Part shown: positions 1-12,841 of the stretch, in pieces
Layout of the letters: each line of letters opens with the position of its first letter
How positions within the stretch are numbered: position 1 is the first letter of the stretch
The notes under the pieces: model-generated
What the model was told of the DNA's origin: nothing
Databases searched by the model: none
The model's input: only the letters and a program-made list of their open reading frames with translations
Source: Octopus vulgaris
Taxonomy: Eukaryota
NCBI GenBank assembly: GCA_951406725.2
Contig: OX597819.1
Span: forward strand, 112,654,001 to 112,718,000
Reading direction: 5' to 3'
Length of the DNA: 64,000 nucleotides
Made by a program: the position numbers and the translations under genes

Positions 1-25
1 AGTCTGGAATGCAAATGGAACTTAC

Positions 26-172
26 CTGTTTACGTGTGAGGCCTTCTGGAGGGGGTGGCAAATGTGGGGCTATTTCAGCCTTCAGAGTCACCGGAAGACA
101 TAAACTTTCTTCTTCATTATCGCTGAAATCTTTTGTTCCCGTATTGCGAATTTTGTTTAATAAAACAACTGC
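26..172 (-). CDS. ARHGEF10: Internal coding exon of an ARHGEF10-like Rho guanine nucleotide exchange factor, just upstream of the DH domain
   Basis: On the minus strand, a pyrimidine tract and tttag acceptor (174-173) and a CAG|gtaagt donor (25-24) bound 147 nt, phase 0-0. It reads AVVLLNKIRNTGTKDFSDNEEESLCLPVTLKAEIAPHLPPPPEGLTRKQ. The ending LPPPPEGLTRKQ resembles the PxPEGLSxQQ motif that precedes the DH domain in ARHGEF10/10L (recalled, not searched). Confidence 0.75.
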
Positions 173-434
173 CTAAATAGCAATGGAAAAAAACAGAAAA
201 ATAAAAGTAATAAATTAGAAAATTACTATTTAAAAATCTCATGAGAGATATTCAGCAACAGTACTTTGGAGTAAAGATTGTTTGCCAACATAACATGGCA
301 GTCCTGGTTTAGGACGAATGTTGCTGTAATTTAGCCCCAGGAGACATCATCTCCAGCTGGCTATATGACACGATCTGTGTCCTTATATTTTCGAACAAGG
401 GAATCTAGCACTCTCACTCACCTCAAAACAATAT

Positions 435-477
435 CTGTGTATCATGATTTCCAGGTTATTTCCCTTCATCAGCACAG
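435..477 (-). ncRNA. Minimal type I hammerhead ribozyme motif
   Basis: ctgtg-CTGATGA-agg(gaaataa)cct-g-GAAA-tcatga-TA-cacag: 5-bp stem I, canonical core, palindromic stem III, one extra G before GAAA. Confidence 0.65.
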
Positions 478-715
478 AATAACTGTTCGGCTAGAGGTGG
501 CACTGCCAAATTACTGTTCGAAATATATAGTTTTCTATGTGACAACTAGTCCCTGATCTATAAATTAGAAAATTACTATTACTGTTGCTAAATATCTCTT
601 GTGAGATTTAAAAATAGTAATTTTCTAGTTTATAGATCAGTGACTAGTTATCACTTTGTAAACTATATATTTTGAATAGGAATTTGGCAGCACCACCTCT
701 AGGTGAACAATTATT

Positions 716-758
716 CTGTGCTGATGAAGGAAAATAACCTGGAAATCACAATACACAG
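716..758 (+). ncRNA. Minimal type I hammerhead ribozyme motif (second arm, stem III decayed)
   Basis: ctgtg-CTGATGA-agg(aaaataa)cct-g-GAAA-tcacaa-TA-cacag. Confidence 0.55.
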
Positions 759-1199
759 ATATTGTTTTGAGCTGAGTGGGGGCGCTAGATTCTCTTGTTC
801 GAAAATATAGCCAGCTGGAGACGATGTCTCCTGGGGCTAAATTACAGCAATATTCATCCTAAACCAGGACTGCCATGTTATGTTGGCAAACAATCTTTAC
901 TAAAAAGTAATGAAACAGAAATAATTAACCTCTTAATATACACGTTTTTTTTTCAATTTCCATGCAAAAAATATATCTTTTTATTTATTTTGAATTTGGA
1001 TATAAGGAAGAATAAACACACCAGTTATTTTGGATCAATTATGATTTATTATGCTGTTACTGACAGAAATGATAATTACTGGTAGTTAATGGTAAAAAAT
1101 GGAAATGACATCATTAACAAAGTATTTTGAGTTAGAAATATGTGACAGATACCTCAGAGTACATTCAAATATATATTTATTAGGTCTTTCTGAACATAA

Positions 1200-1660
1200 A
1201 ATCATCATTATCATCATCATCATTGTTTAACGTCCATTTTCCATGCTGGCATGGGTTGGACGGTTTGACTGAGGTCTGGAGAGCCAGCGGCTGCACCAGG
1301 TGCCAATCTGATCCGGCAATGTTTCTACAACTGGATGCCCTTCCTAATGCCAACCACTCTGAGGGTGTAGTGGGTGCTTTTTACGTGCCACCGGCATGGG
1401 AGCCAGTCAGTGGGTACTGGCATCGGCCACATTCAGATGGTGCTTTTTACATACCACCGGTATGGGAGCCAGTTAGGTGGACCTGGCATCGGCTACATTC
1501 AGATGGTGCTTTTTATGTGCCACTGGCACAGGAGCCAGTCAGAGGACACTGGCATCGATCATGTTCAGATGATGCATACCAGAATGGGAGCCAGTCAAAG
1601 AGCACTGGCTGCAGCTACGATTTTGGTTTTCCTTGACTCAACAGGTCTTCTCAAGTATAG
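1200..1660 (-). mobile_element. RTE LINE 3' UTR retrocopy (5'-truncated) with (TGA)n tail
   Basis: Matches the 3' end of the RTE at 13898-14650. Other copies lie near 4320-4590(+), 5740-6300(-), 7660-7835(+), 18390-18720(-), 19220-19950(+, split by a SINE), 27680-27912(+), 28900-29015(-), 36626-36900(-), 45150-45665(+), 45750-46125(+), 47850-47965(-) and 50820-51060(+). Confidence 0.8.
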
Positions 1661-2003
1661 GATAATATGTTAAGAGCTTAATTAACAAAACAATCAATTC
1701 TTAATAAATACCTCCTAATTAGAAGCCATTGAGACCAAAGTCTTTTCTGGACCTTATTTTTCCTATCTACTCTTATGCTTTGCAAATTGTCTTTGTTATA
1801 CATGTTTAGCTTCAGCTTAATGGCATTCCACCTTGGACCATTCAGTTTTCTCCTTTTTATTATTTATCAGGCATGATAAAGCAATGATTACTTCCCTTTT
1901 AAGATGGTAGACTATTGTGGGAGCAAAATTTGGCTACTATTTCTTGCAAACTGAACTCTTAGAGGCCTTCTTTTTTAGCTCATATATATATATTTTATTG
2001 TAT

Positions 2004-2082
<79 letters not shown>

Positions 2083-2170
2083 TATCTATATATATATAGA
2101 TAGATATATATATAGCTGTAAATGTAATATGTGACAATTATTCGGTAGCCATGATAAAACTATGAGCCAT

Positions 2171-2230
2171 GATAAAAAATGAGTTTTGGATGCCGAGGTG
2201 GAAATCCACGCTGCCATCTCCTCAGTTATC
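2171..2230 (-). ncRNA. Degenerate hammerhead motif in a Penelope-type repeat (about 2113-2425)
   Basis: gataa-CTGAGGA-gatg...catc-c-AAAA-ctca-tttt-ttatc: stems I and II present, the GAAA box reads AAAA (probable CpG decay), stem III damaged. Confidence 0.45.
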
Positions 2231-2422
2231 CGGCCATCGGAAAAATGCTATGAAAAATTACCATTATACAAAGGGAAATTACTGTGTGACTGACCATTAT
2301 TAAGACAAAAGAGCTATTTGAATGAGCACTAAGTGAGGGGAGGGAGTAAAAGTAAGGGGGTAAAAATTATTTTATTTACATAATATCGAGGTCTCTTTCT
2401 TTTGTTGTCTTACTATTTTTAT

Positions 2423-2536
<114 letters not shown>

Positions 2537-2993
2537 AAAATATATATATGATGATGATGGTATATATACAGTGAGCTTCTTTCAGATTCCATCTACCAAA
2601 TCCACTCAGAAGACTCTGTTTGACCCAAGGTTATAGTAGGAGACACTTGCCCATGGAGACACAGCTGAGAAGTAAACTTCTCACCACACCCACATCTACA
2701 CACACAGCACACGTATATGTATATTTTATTCTCTTATTCTCTTATATGTTTCAGTCCAATGACTGTGGCCATGCTGGAACACCACCATATGTATACATAT
2801 ATAAATGTATATATATATGTATATAAATATGTATATATATACGGTTTAAGCAATTGAGATTCAAGTGAGTTCAAATGAATTCACATGAATATGGTACTTA
2901 ACTTGGATGCACCGGAAATCTATATGGTGTTAACCATACGACAAAGTGGGGTGATTACAAATAGGAAAAAAGCAACAAGAATGGATCAATATA

Positions 2994-3078
2994 TCGGTAC
3001 AATTGTTTCGTACGAGGACATCTTTAATAAAGCTACAAAAATTGCAGTAAATATAGGTGGCTCGTACTCATCAGCCGA
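2994..3078 (-). ncRNA. Type I hammerhead ribozyme with intact core, in a Penelope-type repeat (about 2842-3334)
   Basis: tcgg-CTGATGA-gtacgag-(long loop)-ctcgtac-GAAA-caattg-TA-ccga: 4-bp stem I, perfect 7-bp stem II, palindromic stem III CAATTG and GUA triplet. Predicted cut between 2998 and 2997. Confidence 0.85.
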
Positions 3079-3334
3079 AAAAACATCCGAGATTCCCAAA
3101 CATCAAAGGGAGTAATGTTACACTCGTGAAACATCATGGAAAATTCTATAAAAATGAGAATTTAGATAACATATTGGTTTCTAAGAGTTCAATTAGTATT
3201 ACACAGTCATATATCAGGTTATTAAAAGTTTTTTCAAAACATCTTAGTTTTCCAGAAAGTGAAGATAAAAGTGAGGGTGTGAGTTTATCCATATTGAAGA
3301 AAGTTTGATTCCTGGAGATCTCCAGGAATCAAAC

Positions 3335-3737
3335 TGTGTGGTAAGTAGCTTGCTTACCAACCACATGGTTCCAGATTCATTGCCACTGCGTGGCACCTTG
3401 GGCAAGTGTCTTCTACTATAGCCTCAGGCTGACCAAAGCCTTGTGAGTGGATTTGGTAGATGGAAACTGAAAGAAGCCAATCGTATATGTATATATATGT
3501 ATGTGTGTGTGCTTGTATGTCTGTGTTTGTCCTCCCAACATCGCTTGACAACCAATGCTGGTGTGTTTATGTCCCTGTAACTTAGTAGTTTGGCAAAAGA
3601 GACCGATAGAATAAGTACAAGGCTTACAAATAATAAGCTCTGGGGTTGAGTTGCTTGACTAAAGACAGTGCTCCAGCATGGCCACAGTCAAATGACTGAA
3701 ACAAGCAAAAAGAGTAAAAAGAGTAAAGAGTAAAGAG
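3335..3737 (+). mobile_element. tRNA-headed SINE, family A (5'-clipped copy)
   Basis: Pol III A/B-box-like head, central gtggatttggtagacggaaactg block, internal TA/TG microsatellite and (gagtaaaa)n tail. Other copies lie near 12575-13308(-), 17700-18142(-), 19448-19850(+), 20325-20720(-), 37210-37575(-), 38487-38923(-), 42140-42540(-), 46145-46560(-), 59061-59466(+), 61815-62195(+) and 62295-62690(+). Confidence 0.85.
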
Positions 3738-3739
3738 CA

Positions 3740-4313
3740 TTTTGGCCTGCTATGAGGTCATCTCCAACTTGTCAACCAAACCTTATACAGGATAATGTGC
3801 CATGTCGCAATACCAAAATAGTTAAGGAGGTGCTTGAAGCCGAAAACCTTACTGTGATGTATTGGTCAGCTCAGAACCGTGACCTTAATCCCACTGAAAA
3901 CTTATGAAAGATACTTGGTGATAAGATCAGAGAGCACTGACTTATGAATGTTATGATTTTGTGGGAAAAACTTCAGGAAGGATGAAATAAACTTATGTCA
4001 GAAAATGTGAGAAATTGGTCTTATCCTGTGAACAGAAGTGTGAAGTCATTGAAAATACTGTAAAAATTTCTGACAAAATTTTGATCTCTTGAATTTTATG
4101 TCATACATTCTGTAATTTTGTGAAGCTTGTATTTTTCAAATAAACATTTTTTCTTTTATAAATTATTTAATTATTAATCACTTTGTACAAAATTTATTGT
4201 AAATAATGAATGTACTTTAAAGTATATACAGTAAAAATTCCATTTGGAAAAATGAAGTAGAAATGTAAATATTTTTGTTTTTTATTTTTGTTCTCTAATT
4301 TTGGTCACTACTG
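3740..4313 (+). mobile_element. Tc1-family DNA transposon remnant (3' half)
   Basis: Decayed QDNVPCRNTKIVKEVLEAENLTVMYWSAQNRDLNPTENL matches the Tc1 QDNxPxH...WPxQSPDLNPIENL motif. It ends in a TIR-like ttctctaattttggtcactactg followed by TA. Confidence 0.75.
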
Positions 4314-4827
4314 TAAAAATGGCATGTAAAAAGCACTATCTGAATGTGGTCGATGCCAGCACTGCTTGACTGGCTCCCATGCCAGTGGCATGCAAAAAGC
4401 ACCCAACACACTCTTGGAGTGGTGGGCATTAGGAAGGGCATCAAGCTGTGGAAATATTGCCAGATCAAATTGGAACCTGGTGCTGCCTACTGGCTTCCCA
4501 GTCGCCAGTCAAACTGTCCAAGCCATGCCAGCATGGAAAACAGACGTTAAACGATGATGATGATGATGGCAATGATGATGATGATGATGTGTGTGTGTGT
4601 GAGTGTGAAGACATGTGGTTTAGTGGTTAGAGTTTTGGGTTCATGATCATAAGATCATGGGTTCAATTCCCAGCAATGAGTTGTGTCCTTGAGCAAAACA
4701 CTTTATTTCATGGTGCTCCTGTCCACTCAGCTGTATTTCAAAGGGTCAGCCTTCTTACATTCTTTGTCACACTGGATCTTCCTGAGAACTACATTAAGGG
4801 TATGTGTGTCTGTGGGAAGGCAGTGAA

Positions 4828-5052
4828 CTGGCAGCATCATTAGAATGCCGGACAAAATTCTTAGCGGTATTTCGTGTGCCGTTACGTTCTGAGTTCAAAT
4901 TCCACCAAGGTCGACTTTACTTTTCATCCTTTCGGAGTCGATAAATTAAGTACCAGTTACGCACTGGAGTTGATATAATCGATTTAATCCATTTGTCTGT
5001 CCTTGTTTGTCTTCTCTATGTTTAGCCCCTTGTGGGTAATAAAGAAACAGGT
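4828..5052 (+). mobile_element. SINE family B (Meta-domain-like core)
   Basis: Family core gcctttcatcctttcggggtcgataaattaagtaccag. Other copies lie near 8977-9350(-), 10580-10790(-), 11233-11655(-), 11680-11880(-), 20755-20950(-), 26235-26462(-), 55215-55410(+), 61255-61385(+), 63562-63800(-) and 63910-64000(-). The family name is an inference. Confidence 0.75.
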
Positions 5053-5361
5053 ATGTGTGTCTGTGGAGTGCTCCTGTCATTTGCACATTAATTTCATGAG
5101 TAGGCTGTTCCATTAATCAGACTGCCTGGAATCCTCATCATTGTAACTGACGGAATGGTAGTTTATAAATATATGTATGCATTACTTAATGTCAAACAAA
5201 CAAGAAAAGAGAACTCAATATTCTCTTTTTTTCTTTTATATGTTTCAGTCCAATGACTGGCCATGCTGGAGTACCAGTATATGACACATACAATTTTTTG
5301 TGGTGTGAAACTCAAGTCACAAGACAAAATTTCAGCTTCAGTTTTAATAAAAGTTCTTTCT

Positions 5362-5397
<36 letters not shown>

Positions 5398-5398
5398 A

Positions 5399-5435
<37 letters not shown>

Positions 5436-6309
5436 CTGTCTCACTCTCCCTCTCTTTCTCTCCGTCTCCGTCTCTCTCTATATATACACCTTCTTGACTT
5501 ATGACCGTCTGCACTTACAACCACAAAAAATAAATAAATAAAATTTGATTTTCGGATGTTGGGCAGCTGCACATACGATAGCTTTGGCAGTATCTGGCAG
5601 GACAGGCCTCCCTCAGACCCAGGCATCTGCTGCCTTCCACTGTCTCTCAGTCGCTTTCAAGCATTAGTCAAGTGTAGATTTGTTACAATTGTATCTGAAA
5701 TACTACCCCAAAATGACTGATAAAAAGAAACTGTTTTTTATCACCATCATCATCATCATTTAATGTTTGCTTTCCATGGTAGCATGGATTGGACGATTTG
5801 ACTTAGGACTGGCGAACCAGATGGCTGCACCAGGCTGCAATCTGATCTGGCAAAGTTTCTACAGCTGGATGCTCTTCCTAATGCTAACCACTCTGAGAGT
5901 GTAGTGGGTGGTTTTACGTACCACCGGCATGAGTGCCAGTCAGGCGGTACTGGCAATGGCCACGCTCAGGTGGTGTTTTTTATGTGCCACCTGCACAGGA
6001 GCCAGTCCAGCAGCACTAGCAATGACCTCGCTTCAATGCTTTTCACATACCAGTGGCACAAGTGTCAGTAAGGCGACGCTGGTAACTATCATGTTTGAAT
6101 GGTGCTTTTTATGTGCCACCGGCATGGAAGCCAGTCAGCTGCTCTGGCAGTGATCACACTAGGATGGTGCTCTTAGTGCTCCACTGGCACAGGTGCCAGT
6201 CATCATATTTGCGAATTTGATTTGATTTCGATTTCACTTGCCTCAACAGGTCTTTGCAAACAGAGTTTAGTGTCCACTGAAAGAAAGGTACGCATAAGTG
6301 GGATGGTTT

Positions 6310-6745
6310 TATCTACAGAAATGCCAGCTAAGAAGTCAAGGAAGGCTATGGACGTATACATAGTTAAACTTGCAAACAATCTAGAATTAGATGGTGAAAT
6401 AGAAGATGTAAAGGAGTTGCTAGATTGTGAAACAAAAGAACTTTCAGATGAAGAGTTAATTGAAATGGAAGCACCCAGAATGGCAGAAGAAGTGAGAGAA
6501 GGAGAGAAAAAAGAAGATGAACCAGAAAAGAAACTCATGGTAAAGGGTTTATCTGATTCATTTTCACAATTAAATAATGTTTTTGCCAGTTTCGAAGCAA
6601 TGGAACCTAATGTCAAACACTTTGCAAAGGTCGAACATATCATTCAAGATGCTGTGCATTGTTATTGTAAGATATGACGACAAAAAAAAAAAGAAAAGAA
6701 AAGAACTATTCAAACAAAGCTCACCCTGTTCCTTGAAAAATCATC
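6310..6745 (+). mobile_element. Tigger/pogo-like transposase C-terminal remnant
   Basis: IVKLANNLELDGEIEDVKELLDCETKELSDEELIEME...FEAMEPNVKHFAKV...AVHCYCKI resembles the Tigger1/TIGD1 C-terminus. Frameshifted; no DDE domain seen. Confidence 0.65.
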
Positions 6746-6910
6746 TATCTCAACCCAAGAACATGACTGTGAAGATTAATTCAACAAATAAATAATTTAA
6801 AAAACGAGTAAAAAAACAAAGAGAGAAAAAAACAAAAAGAGGAAAAAAAAAACGAATGTGAGGATGTGCACAAGAATTACATTAGTTTGACACTCCATGA
6901 AAGGAGGGAG

Positions 6911-6944
6911 TTTTTAACGTTTCGAGCATGTTCTTCATCAGAAA
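6911..6944 (-). ncRNA. Minimal hammerhead motif in a Penelope-type end (about 6790-6990)
   Basis: ttt-CTGATGA-a-gaac(at)gctc-GAAA-cg-TT-aaa: both core boxes intact, palindromic AACGTT stem III, weak stems I and II. Confidence 0.5.
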
Positions 6945-7075
6945 GTGAAAAGTCCAAAGAAGCAAAAGGGAAAATCGCCAACAGTCCATACAAATATATG
7001 TATTTATATTTACACACACACACACACACATGCAGTGGCAATAGCACAAGAATTAAAAATGAAAAAAATATTTAC

Positions 7076-7278
7076 CACATCAGACTCTGAGAATCGATAA
7101 GGTTGTTTTTTTGGAATTGGTGGAAGCGGTTTGTTTCGGTACTCCTCATCCTCAGAGTCAGAATTTAAATTGTCCGAACAGTCAAATTCATCAGAGGGCC
7201 AGCTGACATCGGATTCTTGAGATAATTGCTGGTTGTTAAACACGTCGTCACAAGATAGATCATTGGAGCCAATGGTTG
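7076..7278 (-). CDS. ARHGEF10: Internal coding exon of the same ARHGEF10-like gene (acidic N-terminal region)
   Basis: Acceptor ttttatctttcag (7280-7279) and donor GTG|gtaaat (7075-7074) bound 203 nt, phase 1 to phase 0, compatible with exon 26-172. Peptide TIGSNDLSCDDVFNNQQLSQESDVSWPSDEFDCSDNLNSDSEDEEYRNKPLPPIPKKQPYRFSESDV; SWPSDEFD resembles the WSSSEFE motif of ARHGEF10. Confidence 0.7.
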
Positions 7279-7545
7279 CTGAAAGATAAAATGAAAACAA
7301 AAAAGAACATCACTTTAACTGATTTATAATGGTGAAATAATGTCCATATTAATCAACACAGTTATTAATCAGAAAAAGTTATCCAAACATTCAGGCATGG
7401 TAAGGAGTCTGCTTTCCAATTGCTTGGTTCCAGTTTGGGTTCCACTGCATGACATCTTGAGCAAGAAGTGTTTTTCTGCTATAATCCCAGGCCAACCAAA
7501 GCTGTGTGAGTGGATTTGGTAGAAAGAAACCAAAAGAAGCCTGTC

Positions 7546-7653
<108 letters not shown>

Positions 7654-7831
7654 ATAGTCCATTCTGCAAAGTGGCTGGTGTTAGGAAGGGTAACCAGCTG
7701 TTAAAAACCCTGATAACCAGATAGTGAAGCCTGATACAGTCTTCTGCTTACCCAGCCCCTGTCAAACCATCCAACCCTTGCCAGCATGGAAAACACATGT
7801 TAAATGATGATAATGATGATGATGATGATGA

Positions 7832-7867
<36 letters not shown>

Positions 7868-7880
7868 GCACATACATACA

Positions 7881-8700
7881 TACCTAATGTGCAAAAGGGA
7901 TAGAGATGCAGGATAAGCAGTAAAATGTGACAACTGGTGCAGACTTTGTGGAGTTAACACTGAAGATATCACCCATACCATAAGCAGTTGTCCGAAAATG
8001 TCATCACAATATTATCTACCAATGATGTTGTAGCTTGGACATTATATAGTGAAATTCATTGGAAGGATAACTCCAAGGACAAAGAAATAAGAACCCACAG
8101 TATGGTAGAAGCCATAGCCACTCGTAATATAAAGGAGTACAGATGGAATGTCCCAGTGGAATGTACAGGTGGAAGACCTCAATAAAATGAAAACACAACA
8201 GACCTGATATAATGATTTGGAAAATTAGCTGCCCATCAGATGTTAACATAAACTTGAAGATCAGTGATAAAGAGAATATCTATGCTGAACTATTGAGAAA
8301 TCTTCAATCACTCTATCCAGATTACAAATTCATGTTTATATCTGTAATTATTGAGGCACTGGGATGTGTAACACACTGCCTGAGTACCAATTTTGTGAAA
8401 TTAGGCTTTTCAAAGCCAGAAAGGAGAAAGCTAATTCGAAGACTACAGATCCAATTCATCACTGGAACTGTAAAAATCTGTAAAACTTCCTAGAAGTTTA
8501 TCACTTAAGAATATATGAGCATATCTAGATATGCAACTATATGCATGAGAATACATATATAAAAGAAAAACATACAAATCTGCATGTATACATACATATG
8601 TACAAAAATACCCTGTTGATGTTGAAATTCCAATGAAGCAGTCCTGGATCTAGGGTGGAAACTGGCTCTTTCTCTATTGGTAGAAATCTCGATAGATAGA
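7881..8700 (+). mobile_element. R4/Dong/NeSL-type non-LTR retrotransposon 3' fragment (CCHC knuckle, restriction-like endonuclease, 3' UTR)
   Basis: CRLCGVNTEDITHTISSC, then KHNRPDIMIW...SCPSDVNI..K...Y.EL, the PD-(D/E)xK REL pattern. Contains stops and frameshifts. Confidence 0.75.
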
Positions 8701-9632
8701 TATACATATCTGTATATAAATGCACACATACATACATGCATACATACATACATACATACATACATACATACATACATGTGTGTGTGTGTGACATTTTGAT
8801 GGAAGGTTCTAATTTAGATCATTTCAAAACAGCAAGATTGTCACAAAAAAACATGGGTAGACTCTGGCAGGTTGGTATAAAAAGACTTAAACAAATTATA
8901 TCTTGACCTCTCTCTTCATTTTGAAGACCAGGAAGATACTCTCGTATCTCCTACAGCAATGGATGGAGAGGATACTTATTTCTTTACTACCCAGAAGGGT
9001 AGGACAAACAAGGACTGACAAACGGATTAAGTTGATTATATCGACCCCAGTGCATAATTGGTACTTAATTTATCGACCCCAAAAGGATGAAAGGCAAAGT
9101 TGACCTCGGCGGAATTTGAACTCAGAAGGTAAAGACAGACGAAATACCTATTTCTTTACTACCCACAAGGGGCTAAACACAGAGAGGACAAACAAGGACA
9201 GACAAACAGATTAAGTCGATTATATCGACCCCGAAAGGATGAAAGGCAAAGTCGACCTTGGCGGAATTTGAACTCAGAATGTAACGGCAGACGAAGTACC
9301 GCTAAGCACTCAGCCCGGTGTGCTAATGATTCTGCCAGCTCGCCACCTTAATGGAGAGGATACTACTCCACATATTAGCCAGGGCTTTCACTTAGTTGAT
9401 ATAGTGGGACCCACACTAAATACCATTCACCCCTGCTTTTTGCAAGGCAGATGTTTCTTGTTATTTTCTTTAGTCATTCATGGAAAAATTTCTCAAGCAA
9501 AGTGATGCACACTTTTTTTATAAACAATTTTCAGGTTTTATTCTATGACTAGACACTAGCCATGTCTAAAAACTGCCTATGCTTAATGTCAGGAAATTTG
9601 GTTCTTCTTCCACTAAAATTGTCACTCAGTTA

Positions 9633-9670
<38 letters not shown>

Positions 9671-10425
9671 GCTGTTACTGCCATTGCCAAAAAAGTTCCT
9701 TTGCCATTCTTAAAAATATTAAAATCTACAGAAAAACAGCTATCTCCTTCTTTCAAAGCATTTGTACCCAGTTACATTTTTCCTTCCCATTTTAATTTCT
9801 TTCTGTTTGTTTTATGTGGGGCATTGTTTGTTTAAGCTTTTCTTTGAGTAGGTGTAGTTCAGATTCTATTTCTTCTCACCATCTTAAGTTGCATGTAAAC
9901 AAGTTTAAACAATAATGATAATTATGTGCATTTCCTTTATAACATTTACACAAATGTGTAACAACATAATGACAGGATTTTGTCAGTATGCTCTGAATGA
10001 CGTCAACAGACCATAAGACACCAATGTTTTGGCTTAATTTCTACTTTTCAGTGACAATCCCCCATGGTTATTCATAGCAAGCTAGGAACTTACATTCCTA
10101 TAGAGAAATCAGCTACCCATACAGAGAAAGCAATTTTAAAAACAGATTTCTTTCCTCTCTTTGTAATAAGCCTGTAACATTATTAGAAAATTCCACAATA
10201 TGTACATGGACATGAAAGTGATATGTAAAAACACATTGCTAGGGTAAAAAGCAACAATTTGGGGAGGGAGCAAGTCAATTAAATTCACCCTATTATTTCA
10301 CTGGTACTTCAACAGATAAAATGCAAAGTTGACCTTGACAGGATTTGAACTAAGAATGTGAAGGTCAGAACAAATAACACAAGGTACTTTATGCAATGCT
10401 CTAAAATTCTACTAATCTATTGCCT

Positions 10426-10437
10426 AATAATAATAAC

Positions 10438-10521
<84 letters not shown>

Positions 10522-10579
10522 GAGGAGGAGGAGGAGGAGAAGAAGAAGAAGAAGAAGAAGAAGAAGAAGAAGAAGAAGA
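10426..10579. repeat. Compound trinucleotide microsatellite (AAT)n-(AAG)n-(GAG)n-(AAG)n
   Basis: Read directly; source of the poly-N/K/R/L/F ORFs. Confidence 0.95.
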
Positions 10580-10789
10580 ATGGTTTCAAATTGTGGCACA
10601 AGGCCAGCAATTTCAGGAGTGGGACTAATTCAATTAAATTGATTTCAGTGCTCAACTGGTACTTATTTTATTGACTCTGAAAGGATAAAAGACAAAGTTT
10701 GACCTTGGTGGAATTTGAACTGAGAACAGATGAAATACCACTAAGCATTTTGTCTGGTGTGCTAACGATTCTGCCAGCTCACTGCCTTA

Positions 10790-10859
<70 letters not shown>

Positions 10860-11180
10860 TAATAATAATAATAAATATGATGAACCTTTCAATGAAGATG
10901 ACGTGTGAGCATTCAGCTTTTGCTGAATGACCCGCACAAATGATTCGTTTATAGGGATCAAATGTTCGTGCCGCACATTAGCTCACTCTCTCCATCAAAA
11001 TGACATTGTCTGAACAGGAGCACTGTGTACTGTGCATCAGATGTCAAAGTGGTCAAAGAGCAGTGTGAGATGAAGTGTTTTGCTCAAGAATACAATGCAC
11101 CACCAGGTCAAAGAAGTGAAACCATGATCTCGCAATCATGAGTGCAACTCCCTAACCACTATGCCATGCACCATCATAAC

Positions 11181-11231
<51 letters not shown>

Positions 11232-12538
11232 TCTTATTTCTTTATTGCCCACAAGGGGCTAAACATAGAGGGGACAAACAAGGACAGACAAGGACAGACA
11301 AAGTCGATTACATCGACCCCAGTGCGTAACTGGTACTTAATTTATCGACTCCAAAAGGATGAAAGGCAAAGTCTACCTCAGCGGAACTTGAACTCAGAAC
11401 GTAACGGCAGACGAAATACCAATTTCTTTACTACCCACAAGGGGCTAAACAGAGAGAGGACAAACAAGGACAGACGAACGGATTAAGGCGATTATATCGA
11501 CCCCAGTGCATAACTGGTACTTATTTAATCGCCCCCGAAAGGATGAAAGGCAAAGTCTACCTCGGCGGAATTTGAACTCAGAGCATAACGTCAGATGAAA
11601 TACCGATAAGCATTTCGCCTGGCGTGCTAACGTTTCTAACCAGCTCGCTGCCTTAATAATAATAATAATAATAAAAATAATCCTTTCTACTATAGGTACA
11701 TGGCCTGAAATTTTTGGGGAGAAGACTAGTCAATTTCATTGACCCTAGTGCTCAACTGGTACTTATTTTATCAACCTTGAAATTGAAAGGCAAATCTGAC
11801 CTTGGTGAAGTTTGACGAAATGAAATGCTGCTAGGCATTTTGCCTGGCATGCTAATGATTCTGCCAACACACTGCCTTAATAACAATAACAATAATACCA
11901 AATGAGGCAACCAGTCTCCCAGCAGGACAGAATAATGGTATGTGTGTGTGTAGTGACATAGGTAGAGGAGGTGGTGTGTTATTATAAGCTGGAGGGATGA
12001 CAAATTCAGATGCTAATTACATTAAAATTGTCAATGGACTCAACGACTTCTGGGATATAGAATATCATTTAACAACAATAACAACGGTATCAAATTTGAT
12101 TAGATCACATGATCACTGACATTTTCACTATTTGCTTCTCTCTCCCACTTTCTCTCCCCCTCTCCGTCCGCTCCCCCCTCTCTCTCTAAGTCTCTGTTTC
12201 TCTCTTTCTGTTTATATGTCTGTGTGTGTTGGTCCTAATAGTTCATTTCATATCAATTACAAAAAATTGCCCGTCCCTTCACAACAAAAAAAAAGAGGGT
12301 AGCTAAGAGAGTTTCTTTTTTTATTCCTCTTTGCTATTTTAAATGACAAACAAAAGCAACCTGATTCATTTGTTTTTTTATATCTGTATTTTGTTTTGTT
12401 CCATGTTAATCATAACTTGGATGAATACATAATATCAAGGATTTTGTTTTACAGTGAGAAGCCTTTCCTCTCACTAACCCTTAAAACTTTTGCAAGTAAA
12501 GGGTCACACACACATATCAACATGATGGGTATGAAATG

Positions 12539-12569
<31 letters not shown>

Positions 12570-12782
12570 TATACTCTTTTACTCTTTTACTTGTTTCAGT
12601 CATTTGACTGCGGCCATGCTGGAGCACCGCCTTTCGTCGAGCAAATCGACCCCGGGACTTATTCTTTGTAAGCCCAGTACTTATTCTATCGGTCTCTTTT
12701 GCTGAACCGCTAAGTGACGGGGACGTAAACACACCAGCATCAGTTGTCAAGCAATGCTTGGGGGACAAACACAGACACACAA

Positions 12783-12838
<56 letters not shown>

Positions 12839-12841
<3 letters not shown>

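Larger units (their letters stand above)
212..902. mobile_element. Penelope-type non-autonomous fold-back insertion with one hammerhead motif per arm
   Basis: Arms about 270-580 and 612-901 are reverse complements. Flanked by direct repeat aaaagtaat (203-211, 903-911). HHR motifs at 435-477 (-) and 716-758 (+). Confidence 0.7.

Noticed and set aside
6222-6677. 151-aa ORF as a host gene
   Set aside because: It is a chimera of RTE UTR sequence and a Tigger transposase remnant, antisense within an intron.
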